Source of the DNA: a virus | Length of the DNA stretch: 64,000 bases | Virus record (IMG/VR): IMGVR_UViG_3300027969_000063 | Coordinates: 41,517 to 105,516 of that record | Direction: 5' to 3' (one strand) | In this document: positions 8,239 to 16,238 of the stretch, piece by piece | Layout: each line of letters begins with the position of its first letter | Position numbering within the stretch: position 1 is the stretch's first letter | Program-made: the position numbers and the translations under genes | The notes under the pieces: model-generated | The model's input: only the letters and a program-made list of their open reading frames with translations | Databases searched by the model: none | What the model was told of the DNA's origin: nothing

Positions 8239-8289
8239 CTCCTTAATTAAGCGAGTTACATTAAATTAAGATACCCCGAAGGCATATCT
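8239..8289 (-). promoter_or_regulatory. ROSE-like RNA thermometer with an upstream cUUCGg hairpin
   Basis: CUCGCUU-AAUU-AAGGAG: UCGCU anti-SD with bulged G pairs with the SD of hsp20. Confidence 0.7.
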
Positions 8290-8292
8290 GGT

Positions 8293-8385
8293 TTATACTG
8301 GTTACGGTATCCAGCGGCATCGTAACGTCATGCCCGCTTTAAAACGCTTCGTAAACTTAGCGGTCCTAAGGTGAAGCCAGTATAA
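8293..8385 (-). ncRNA. Structured multi-stem RNA in the hsp20 leader
   Basis: 9-bp closing stem TTATACTGG/CCAGTATAA, two internal arms, possible GTTACG/CGTAAC pseudoknot. Confidence 0.55.
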
Positions 8386-8388
8386 TCT

Positions 8389-8396
8389 TATTTATA
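8389..8396 (-). promoter_or_regulatory. T4-type late promoter
   Basis: TATAAATA immediately before the structured leader. Confidence 0.65.
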
Positions 8397-9432
8397 CTAG
8401 AAAAGTAAATAGTCCAGCGGTTATTAATAATAAACCAGCCCAACTACCTAGTGCTTTATAATATGTTTTGAGTGGTGTACCAAAATAACGGTTACCAACC
8501 ATAACACATTTATGCGTAGGACTTAATAAGTAACCAGCATAATCTACTGCAAAGAACCACATAAAATATTCTTGGCCAAATACTTGAGCCATCAATACGG
8601 CGATTGCAATAAACTTACCGCTACTACCCATCAGGAAACTTACAACAAATCCAACAAGCGAAATCAAGGTCATACCAATTAAAGAGTGTGGGTCAAAACC
8701 CGAACCTTTAATGTATGTAATAAATTCGTTATTGTAGGATTTAAAGAAGTTACCTAGAATGATAACTGCGGCGACTGTACCTAATACTTCCCAATTCACA
8801 TAACTTAATAATTTTGGAATACGCCATTGTTGTGTAATAAAAACATAATACAATGCCAACAAACCAAAAATTATAAAAACATTATCTTTACCGCCACCAT
8901 AAATGTAAGCACCCAAGGCAATAAACATAGGAAAGACATTACGCATTACTGTGCTGAGTTTGAAGGTGTCTGGTTTGATAACCACATCTTCTTCTTTTAC
9001 TTCATGCCAAATATACCAAGAAATAAAAATAAAACTAACAATCAGTAATGGTGCAATCATGCCCATAAATGTTGCATAGGTAAGACCAAATGCTGCAATA
9101 GGAAGAACAACTGTTTTCTCTAAAGGTGACCACATATAATAGTGGTGTGTCGATAGATAATCAACGATGCCCATCTTCTCACGACCTGGACCATTTTTTG
9201 GAACTACGGTGTCTAATAAACCTGCTGATACTGTTACTCTGCCTTCAATTGGTAAAATACCGCCAATAGCACTTAGAAGAACAACAACAAATTTATTAGA
9301 ACGGAAGGTGTTCTTAATATAAGAGTACGCTGGGGCAAAAAGAGAATACTCTTTGGCTAGTCCAGCAGCAATCATTATAAAGAATACCATCCATAGATAG
9401 CCTAGGCCATCTAATAGTTTTAATACATCCAT
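8392..9432 (-). CDS. Multi-pass membrane transporter (DUF401/ion-transporter superfamily-like)
   Basis: About 10 TM segments; GGILPIEG and GYLLSPTHKC motifs. Confidence 0.65.
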   Translation of the reverse strand: MDVLKLLDGLGYLWMVFFIMIAAGLAKEYSLFAPAYSYIKNTFRSNKFVVVLLSAIGGILPIEGRVTVSAGLLDTVVPKNGPGREKMGIVDYLSTHHYYMWSPLEKTVVLPIAAFGLTYATFMGMIAPLLIVSFIFISWYIWHEVKEEDVVIKPDTFKLSTVMRNVFPMFIALGAYIYGGGKDNVFIIFGLLALYYVFITQQWRIPKLLSYVNWEVLGTVAAVIILGNFFKSYNNEFITYIKGSGFDPHSLIGMTLISLVGFVVSFLMGSSGKFIAIAVLMAQVFGQEYFMWFFAVDYAGYLLSPTHKCVMVGNRYFGTPLKTYYKALGSWAGLLLITAGLFTFLV

Positions 9433-9493
9433 ATAATACTCCTCAAATCAAATGCACCACAGAATCATGGTATAATCATATTTATTACATCAA

Positions 9494-9901
9494 TTAATAG
9501 GCGCCTGGTTTTTTACCAATATTGTATTTTGGTACCAGTTCCCAATCATCTTTTTCTTTATGAGATAGTATCTTAATCTGTGATAGAAAAATAGGAGGAG
9601 GATTCTCTGCCTTATCTCTATTGATAATCTTTACCAGTCCCCAATCTTCCAATAACTTAGCAATTGCATTTCTACGAGATAAATCGTTTTCAGAAATGTC
9701 ACTAGGCTTACCATCCAAAGCAAATAGTTCTTTGAAATGTACGATATAATATCTACCTTGTTTATGTAAGATATGGCAAGATTGGTATAAAATTCTGTCT
9801 TTTTTGGAAGCCACACCGATTCGTGTGAGAGTTTCACGCACTTTGAGGAAATCGTCCTTCTCACCTAATGTAACTTCAACCAAATCTAAAATTGAAATCA
9901 T
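9494..9901 (-). CDS. regA: RegA translational repressor
   Basis: DDFLKVRETLTRIG, LYQSCHILHKQGRYYIVHFKELF. Confidence 0.97.
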   Translation of the reverse strand: MISILDLVEVTLGEKDDFLKVRETLTRIGVASKKDRILYQSCHILHKQGRYYIVHFKELFALDGKPSDISENDLSRRNAIAKLLEDWGLVKIINRDKAENPPPIFLSQIKILSHKEKDDWELVPKYNIGKKPGAY

Positions 9902-10290
9902 TACTTGTTCACTCCGCCTTTTGCTGTTTTTATTTTTATTTCAGCGAGTTGTTCATCATTTAGAATTCGTAAGGCTTCCTTGGCTCTTTCATTAGAATAG
10001 CCAAAATATTGCTTCACACATTCTATATCTTTGTCGACCTCTGATTTCTGCCACGGTTGAAATTTCCGTTTCATTGGTCTTATGGTATTTAGAAGATATG
10101 AATATTGCATATCGGAGTCAAGCCCCGTATGAATATTCATCTCATTCACATATAGAACACAGTCCATATGATACGACAAAGCACGATTTACAACAAAAGG
10201 TTTGTAATCCTTGTAATCATATTCATCTTGAAAAACAGACTTCTTCTTCTCCAGTATAGACGGAAGAATCTCTTTGAATAAATCTGGCAT
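9901..10290 (-). CDS. gp62: Clamp loader small subunit (gp62)
   Basis: PFVVNRALS...YFGYSNERAKEAL; synteny with gp44 and regA. Confidence 0.9.
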   Translation of the reverse strand: MPDLFKEILPSILEKKKSVFQDEYDYKDYKPFVVNRALSYHMDCVLYVNEMNIHTGLDSDMQYSYLLNTIRPMKRKFQPWQKSEVDKDIECVKQYFGYSNERAKEALRILNDEQLAEIKIKTAKGGVNK

Positions 10291-11225
10291 TATTTGAACT
10301 CACAATCCACCATAATTTCTGTCAGACAAGCAACCATATTAATCTCATGATCAGCCACGAAAGCTGCCTGATATTGATACTTAGCAAGAATCAAAACTAG
10401 TTGAGGAACGGATTGAGGTTTCAATACCTCATAAAGAGTATCGTATAGTTTACGATAGATTTTGACCGGATCATTGTCAAGGTTAGCAGTAACCCATTTA
10501 CGAGTTGAGCCAAAGTCTTTAGATTTTAAAGCTGTAATGAGGGTATCAAGTTGAATGTCAGCAACATTAGAAAGAATACCAGAATCAATTGTGCCAGAAA
10601 CCGAATATCGTTGCAGTTCATTAAGAACCCTACGATTATCAGGAAAGTGTTTTGTGATAACTGCCGCAACGACATCTTTTGAATAGGTGATATTTTCCTT
10701 TTCAAGAATCCATTCAACTCTTTTAAAGAATTGAGCAGCCATTTTTTGTTTGGCGCCATTGATTTTAAAATCGACCACAGAACAACGAGAGTGGATTGGA
10801 TCGATGATACGATTCTTATAATTACAAGTGAATATGAACGAACAGTTTGAGGAGAACTCTTCAATCGCTCCACGCAATGCTGGTTGAGTTGAATTAGGAT
10901 TAAGATAGTCGGCCTCATCAATGATAACAACCTTCCGGCCACCAGCAAGAGAAACTGATGAAGCATAGTTCTTAATCTTTGTCCGAAGGACATCAATACC
11001 TGATTCGTCTGAACCGTTAATAACAATAAAGTCACACCCAACTTCATTACATAGTGCTTTAGCAATAGTTGTTTTTCCAACACCTGCTGAACCAGATAAT
11101 AATAGATTAGGTATTTCTTTTCGGTTAACGTACTCTTGAAAGGTAGATTTAATCGCATCAGGTAAGATACAATCTTCAATAGTTTTTGGCCGATACTTCT
11201 CGACCCATAGTAAATGTTCCATCAC
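10290..11225 (-). CDS. gp44: Clamp loader ATPase subunit (gp44)
   Basis: LWVEKYRP, GSAGVGKT, IIDEAD, SRC. Confidence 0.97.
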   Translation of the reverse strand: MMEHLLWVEKYRPKTIEDCILPDAIKSTFQEYVNRKEIPNLLLSGSAGVGKTTIAKALCNEVGCDFIVINGSDESGIDVLRTKIKNYASSVSLAGGRKVVIIDEADYLNPNSTQPALRGAIEEFSSNCSFIFTCNYKNRIIDPIHSRCSVVDFKINGAKQKMAAQFFKRVEWILEKENITYSKDVVAAVITKHFPDNRRVLNELQRYSVSGTIDSGILSNVADIQLDTLITALKSKDFGSTRKWVTANLDNDPVKIYRKLYDTLYEVLKPQSVPQLVLILAKYQYQAAFVADHEINMVACLTEIMVDCEFK

Positions 11226-11248
11226 AAACTCCCATAATATAATACATC

Positions 11249-11857
11249 TTATTCAAAAATACAATTAATAATCAAGCGATACTTCTTGTCCGTTGGTATG
11301 TTACCGGAATGTATCTGGTTAGAATCAAATATGATAGCACGACCTTTAACTGCTTCTATCCTTTGTTGTATAGTTAACTCTTCTTTAATAGGCACTCCAT
11401 TATACTTCTCATTATATAAAATGGTTTCACCGTCAGAATTGTTTACATAGTACAACAATGTTTTTCTATTTCCAATATAACCTGTTGAATCATATGAAGA
11501 TTCATCACCATCATCCGTATGTGGTCTTTGTAGTTTTACTCCGACCTGAGGCATTAATAAATTAGCTTTGATTCTTGATGCAGATTTTATCTTACCAAAT
11601 TGATTCTCATAACAAGCAATCAATGGTGCAATATAGTGCAGGTGTGCTGATTTGATTTTATTGTTTTCAATAAACGTATGTCGGAATTGAATATGTTCAG
11701 CCGTTGGTTGATTTGTAAAAAACAAATCTTCTAACTCCGTACTACTACTCACCGAATGTTTATGGAACGACCAAGCGATATCTTCACCACCCATTAATTT
11801 ATAAATTGAATCTATATAAACTTCTGGTAAGAAGTTATCAATAATGATTGGTTCCAT
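11249..11857 (-). CDS. 2OG-Fe(II) oxygenase
   Basis: IIIDNFL, PHTD, LYYVNNSDG, IFDS..H, R.IIN. Confidence 0.85.
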   Translation of the reverse strand: MEPIIIDNFLPEVYIDSIYKLMGGEDIAWSFHKHSVSSSTELEDLFFTNQPTAEHIQFRHTFIENNKIKSAHLHYIAPLIACYENQFGKIKSASRIKANLLMPQVGVKLQRPHTDDGDESSYDSTGYIGNRKTLLYYVNNSDGETILYNEKYNGVPIKEELTIQQRIEAVKGRAIIFDSNQIHSGNIPTDKKYRLIINCIFE

Positions 11858-12057
11858 TAATTGGTGGCCAATGCACCGTTAATAACACCAACCACTTCAC
11901 TATAGTTTTGTGTAACGCCAATCGTTGCACTAGGAATACCAATGACAACAACCTCTTCATTGAGTTCTTCATTTTTATGTGTAACAACACACAAAACGTG
12001 TTTTGGATTAATTGCAACTGGATTACCAGTCATTTTGTCCGTGAATTGAACTAACAT
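11857..12057 (-). CDS. Small hypothetical protein (FlbD-like beta fold)
   Basis: MLVQFTD...PVAINPKHV; AGGAG ribosome-binding site before ATG 12057. Confidence 0.6.
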   Translation of the reverse strand: MLVQFTDKMTGNPVAINPKHVLCVVTHKNEELNEEVVVIGIPSATIGVTQNYSEVVGVINGALATN

Positions 12058-12058
12058 A

Positions 12059-12730
12059 TTATTCTCCTGTTTTAGTTTCTTTTGCTTCAAATGCGATCCA
12101 ATATTGGATATCTTCTTTCGTATTCTTGAAATGACCAATACCCTTGAAAGAGATTTCAACATCATAACTTCCAGGAATCATTTTGATATTTTCAGTTTTG
12201 AATACAATATTATACTTCTTGCCATTACCTTCGCCAACTTGGGTCGAGTTTGTGTGTGCGGAATTATCTAAGGCATCAAATGTAACCACTTCGATTGCAT
12301 CACCATCGGACTTGATACCAATGTGTGGTGAACTCAAAACAGAAGATGATGACATGATTGATTTGTAATCTTCTTCAGAAAGAGTGAAAGAACAATCAAC
12401 AGAAGGAAGAGTAATCTCTTTTTCTGGAGGAGTAACAATCATCTCCTTTGCCGTCATACGATAGTTTGTTTTTCTCTTACCACTCTTAAAAATGATATCG
12501 GAATCACTAAAATCAATTTCAGAATCTTTAAACAAAGAATGTACCGATAGGAATTGATTCAAATCGTATACACAAAAATCTTGTGGAAAAGAATCTTTCA
12601 GAACGGCTTGTGCCAAAACAGTTTTACCAGATGATACTGTGGTAAGTTTGGTGCCTTTTTTGAATTGAATACCTTGATTGATACTTGAAAAGTTTTTCAA
12701 TACGGTTAGTGTTTCATTTGATAACTTCAT
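12059..12730 (-). CDS. gp45: Sliding clamp (gp45)
   Basis: MKLSNETLTVLKNFSSIN, YDLNQFL, YWIAFE. Confidence 0.95.
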   Translation of the reverse strand: MKLSNETLTVLKNFSSINQGIQFKKGTKLTTVSSGKTVLAQAVLKDSFPQDFCVYDLNQFLSVHSLFKDSEIDFSDSDIIFKSGKRKTNYRMTAKEMIVTPPEKEITLPSVDCSFTLSEEDYKSIMSSSSVLSSPHIGIKSDGDAIEVVTFDALDNSAHTNSTQVGEGNGKKYNIVFKTENIKMIPGSYDVEISFKGIGHFKNTKEDIQYWIAFEAKETKTGE

Positions 12731-12753
12731 TTATTTCTCCATTATGTAAAATT

Positions 12754-13176
12754 TTACTGCTCTTTCGAATACATTATATCATGTTCATACAGAAACATCA
12801 AGCAGCACATGGCGTGTGCCAAGTGATGTAAACCGGATTCAGGATCAAACTTCTCTCCTTCTTTCCAAGCCCATGTATGCCGTTGCATTGCATCAAAGTA
12901 CCTACGCTTTGCTTCTGGTACATGGATCCAATTATCTCTTTCATACTTCTGAGCACCAAAAGTTAAAACTTCTGTAAGGGCTTTTAGCCCGTGAGGGGGA
13001 ACTAAACCATATTCTAATTTACCACCATCAAATTTACGGCCAATATTTGTATTAAAAGCATCTTCATAACCTGGATGATAAGGTGCTTCTTCAACTAGTT
13101 TGTTACTTGTAGATTCAAAAAGCTTTGTTCCATAAGTTATTTCTTTACCTTTAACACCATACTTTTTTGTTCCCAT
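12754..13176 (-). CDS. DUF5664 / dATP-dGTP diphosphohydrolase-domain protein
   Basis: GRKFDGGK, VLTFGAQKY..NW, DAMQRH..AW, DPESGLHHLAHA. Confidence 0.85.
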   Translation of the reverse strand: MGTKKYGVKGKEITYGTKLFESTSNKLVEEAPYHPGYEDAFNTNIGRKFDGGKLEYGLVPPHGLKALTEVLTFGAQKYERDNWIHVPEAKRRYFDAMQRHTWAWKEGEKFDPESGLHHLAHAMCCLMFLYEHDIMYSKEQ

Positions 13177-13994
13177 TACATTTCTCCAACATAATTAGCA
13201 ACAGCTGGCATATCTCCTTGGAAATGATATGTACCAATGTGTGCAGTTCTCATCCAAGGACATAAGAAGATTTCTCCACCAATCTTACGCCACATCTGGC
13301 AGAACATATAATCTTCTGATAGGTAACGGTCTGAACCACCACCTGTAATAGAATCTTTGGTGTCAATTACTGTATCAAAATAAGCATGAATGTAACGAGT
13401 ACCATCAAAGTGTGCCTGACCTACATGGTCTGGTTTATATTTGATTTCAGGATAAGCTTCTTTCATTTTGGTAAATACTTCACGCTTAATCATCATGAAT
13501 CCCGTTCCAATTTCCAAAACATCTAAAGGTTCTGTTACACTAAACTGTGCCGTTCCTTGTACTGGATTGAATACAAAGTCACCAGCAATTTTTTCTAATG
13601 TCTGTGGGTCAATGTCAGGATTCTTTATAACACCTTTTTTAATAGACGACCACTTAATTGCTTTTTTAGGATAAGGACCACCAATCACATCTTTGTCTAG
13701 TGCCAACATGGCAATAACATCCTGTGGCTGGAAGTGTACGTCAGAATCTATAAACAACATATGAGTACATTCTGAACGATTTATAAATTCGTCAACAAGG
13801 TAATTCCTTGCTCTTGTAATTAGTGATTCATTAAACAGAAATGAAAATTTTATATTTACGCCATATTGAATACAAGAACTCTGTAAGTCTAAACAGGCCT
13901 TCATGTATAGTCCGTGGTTCATACCACCGTACATGGGTGTGGCCACAAATAAACTTTTCTTTTGTAGTTCTTCTTTTTTGATTGATATTTCCAT
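13176..13994 (-). CDS. GT-A fold glycosyltransferase-like protein
   Basis: FVATPMYGG, SLITRARN, LFIDSD, GTGFMMI, LSEDYMFC. Confidence 0.8.
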   Translation of the reverse strand: MEISIKKEELQKKSLFVATPMYGGMNHGLYMKACLDLQSSCIQYGVNIKFSFLFNESLITRARNYLVDEFINRSECTHMLFIDSDVHFQPQDVIAMLALDKDVIGGPYPKKAIKWSSIKKGVIKNPDIDPQTLEKIAGDFVFNPVQGTAQFSVTEPLDVLEIGTGFMMIKREVFTKMKEAYPEIKYKPDHVGQAHFDGTRYIHAYFDTVIDTKDSITGGGSDRYLSEDYMFCQMWRKIGGEIFLCPWMRTAHIGTYHFQGDMPAVANYVGEM

Positions 13995-14012
13995 TTGTGC
14001 TCCGTGAATAGT

Positions 14013-14045
14013 AAAAAAGGGAGTATCTCCTATGAAGAACTCCCT
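14013..14045 (-). terminator. Rho-independent terminator
   Basis: AGGGAGT...ACTCCCT stem followed by a T run. Confidence 0.65.
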
Positions 14046-14053
14046 ATGCTAGA

Positions 14054-14317
14054 TTAGGCTAAAGAATAACCTGATTTGATAGCCGCCTTAACCAAAGCTT
14101 TGGTTGGCTTACCCATGCGATAGAAGGCAACCTTCTGACCATCTACAACTTTTTTATTTGTGTAGATTACATGGCCTTCTTGACGCAGTTCATCAATACG
14201 GGCTGAAACATTGGTGATGCCGAAACGGCGTTGTGCTTGTTTGACGGTAAAAGTGTTGTAACCTTCGGTTTGTTGTAAGGCATTCAACATCTTTTGTTTA
14301 GCAGATAAATTGCTCAT
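14054..14317 (-). CDS. Winged helix-turn-helix DNA-binding protein
   Basis: FGITNVSARIDELRQEGHVI. Confidence 0.7.
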   Translation of the reverse strand: MSNLSAKQKMLNALQQTEGYNTFTVKQAQRRFGITNVSARIDELRQEGHVIYTNKKVVDGQKVAFYRMGKPTKALVKAAIKSGYSLA

Positions 14318-14369
14318 TGTAATACTCCATAGTAAAGTTAAAAAATCCTTGCCTTAAGCAAGTATTCAC

Positions 14370-14399
14370 ATCATATCATTTATGTATGTGATTTGTCAA
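14370..14399 (-). promoter_or_regulatory. Sigma70-type promoter
   Basis: TTGACA-N18-TATGAT with an extended TG. Confidence 0.6.
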
Positions 14400-14403
14400 G
14401 CGT

Positions 14404-15663
14404 TTATCGACCAACTTGTGGTAAATATTTCGCTTTGGTATCTTCCCATGACAGGTAAATAAGGTCGTCATAGAAAAGAGTTTCGTAGGATACCGTATTC
14501 TTTTTCTGTAATTGCCGAATACGGCCTTTGGCATACTTTGTTTTCCAAATAGTTGCCAATGCTTGTTCACTGGTATCGAATGATTTTACCAATGCCTCAT
14601 CTGTAATTTCTTTACGGAGAAATTCATTGGTATTATTATAGAGCGGACTAAAATAGATACCACGTTGGTGTTCGGTACGAATCAATTCTTTTGGTATACC
14701 AAGTTTAGAATAAGCAAAGTTCAATGAACGATTCTTATGATCACGCTTGAGTGGAAGTCCTTGTGTGTTCTTGGCTTCCCACCATTCAAAATATTTACGA
14801 GTATGGTTTTCTTTAATCCAATCGAATACTAATTTTTTAGTCGATCTACTTGGTTCGAAAGCCACAGAACCAGAAGAAAAACCCATAGGAGTCCAATGGT
14901 CAAGACCATCATACTGTGAGAGGCCTCCGGTTTTTGTTTTTCCATATAGTGATGTTGTAGTAACGCCGACAAGAGTGTCTCCATATTGCCTCTTCCAATC
15001 TGCTTGAACTGTATCAGATAAACACATCAATGCCAATAATTTACCACCCATGTAATTAAAACCAAGTGGTTGTAACGGAACGATGGTGGATCCAATCGCT
15101 GTATGATTAATCATATGTTGTTGTGTCTTAACATCTCTCGACCATCCGATTGCATTATCTCTCGGAGTCAAGTCCAGGAAGTCTGAGGAGATACAAATAA
15201 CACCAAGGTATTTACCTGTTACTTCATCTGTCAAAACATAGAATAAATTACGACCAATGTTGGAATTGTTTTTCATTGTGGATGAAAATGTACGAATGGC
15301 ATTCCACTTTTCGGCATCAGGACCATTTGAAAGAACCATAACAGGTTTCAATTTCTCATAATCATCAGGTTGTGTTGGCATCCAGAAATTTGATTTCATT
15401 TTATCAACCAATTTCTTTTGTTCAGGATCAACCATCTGTGTTTCTTGGCCAAACAATGTAGATACTTCTTGAACTGGATATCTCTCTTTTACTTCACACC
15501 ACTTTTGATATAAGGTATATTCACGAACATCCATTTGAGAAGCATAAGTTAAGTCCTTGATGAGGACTTCTTTCATGTTACCTTCATCGATGTGTTCAAA
15601 GATAGTGTTCTTTTCAGACCACTCTTTCCATTGTTTTTCTACATACTCAATTGGTGTTGCCAT
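14404..15663 (-). CDS. DUF4338 / DruA-like protein (putative GNAT/Mom-like fold)
   Basis: GRNLFY..D..TGKYLGVI, IVPLQPLG..GGKLLA, W..QYG, TTTSLYG, SQY..L..W..MG.SSG. Confidence 0.7.
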   Translation of the reverse strand: MATPIEYVEKQWKEWSEKNTIFEHIDEGNMKEVLIKDLTYASQMDVREYTLYQKWCEVKERYPVQEVSTLFGQETQMVDPEQKKLVDKMKSNFWMPTQPDDYEKLKPVMVLSNGPDAEKWNAIRTFSSTMKNNSNIGRNLFYVLTDEVTGKYLGVICISSDFLDLTPRDNAIGWSRDVKTQQHMINHTAIGSTIVPLQPLGFNYMGGKLLALMCLSDTVQADWKRQYGDTLVGVTTTSLYGKTKTGGLSQYDGLDHWTPMGFSSGSVAFEPSRSTKKLVFDWIKENHTRKYFEWWEAKNTQGLPLKRDHKNRSLNFAYSKLGIPKELIRTEHQRGIYFSPLYNNTNEFLRKEITDEALVKSFDTSEQALATIWKTKYAKGRIRQLQKKNTVSYETLFYDDLIYLSWEDTKAKYLPQVGR

Positions 15664-16238
15664 TATCGTATTCTCAAACCATTCATAATTTTATTACGCT
15701 TCTTGATACCTTGTTGTAATGCCAAAGGTTTTACTTTACTAGTATACACTATTCCATTCATGTGGTCAAGCTCATGTTGGAAACAACGAGCAGATATACC
15801 AGAGAATGTAGTTTGTTGCCATTCACCTTTAAAGTCTTGGTATGTTACCGCAACTTCTTCTGGTCTTGTAATTCTTAATGCCAGAAAAGGATAAGAAAGG
15901 CAACCTTCCACCATGTGAACTTCCGTTTTAGAATTCAATACAATACTAGGATTGAAAAATGCCACATAATGATCACCTGAACCCATCACAAACATTCTAT
16001 ATGGAAATCCACATTGATTGGCTGAAAGTCCTACACCACGATGTAGTTTACAGGTTTCTACCATCGATGATGCAAACTCAACTGGATCAACCGGTGGATT
16101 TTTAAAATCAAATTCCGGCATTACTTCACGGAGAATTGGATGTTGTTCTGATACCAACTCAAAGGTTTTAAATTGTTCAATGGGAGTATTCGGTTGTATT
16201 AACGAATCTTCTGTATTAATTTTAATTACATCACTCAT
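15663..16238 (-). CDS. def: Peptide deformylase
   Basis: GVGLSANQ, EGCLS, QHELDHMNG. Confidence 0.96.
   Translation of the reverse strand: MSDVIKINTEDSLIQPNTPIEQFKTFELVSEQHPILREVMPEFDFKNPPVDPVEFASSMVETCKLHRGVGLSANQCGFPYRMFVMGSGDHYVAFFNPSIVLNSKTEVHMVEGCLSYPFLALRITRPEEVAVTYQDFKGEWQQTTFSGISARCFQHELDHMNGIVYTSKVKPLALQQGIKKRNKIMNGLRIR

Noticed and set aside
8330-8380. Twister ribozyme on the + strand (CGGTCCTAAG)
   Set aside because: Lacks the AAGC and GAGG pseudoknot elements, and the promoter points to the - strand
12754-13176. Z-genome (2-aminoadenine) pathway
   Set aside because: No purZ or datZ recognisable in this window
14404-15663. Complete Druantia defence system
   Set aside because: No DruE helicase or other dru genes adjacent
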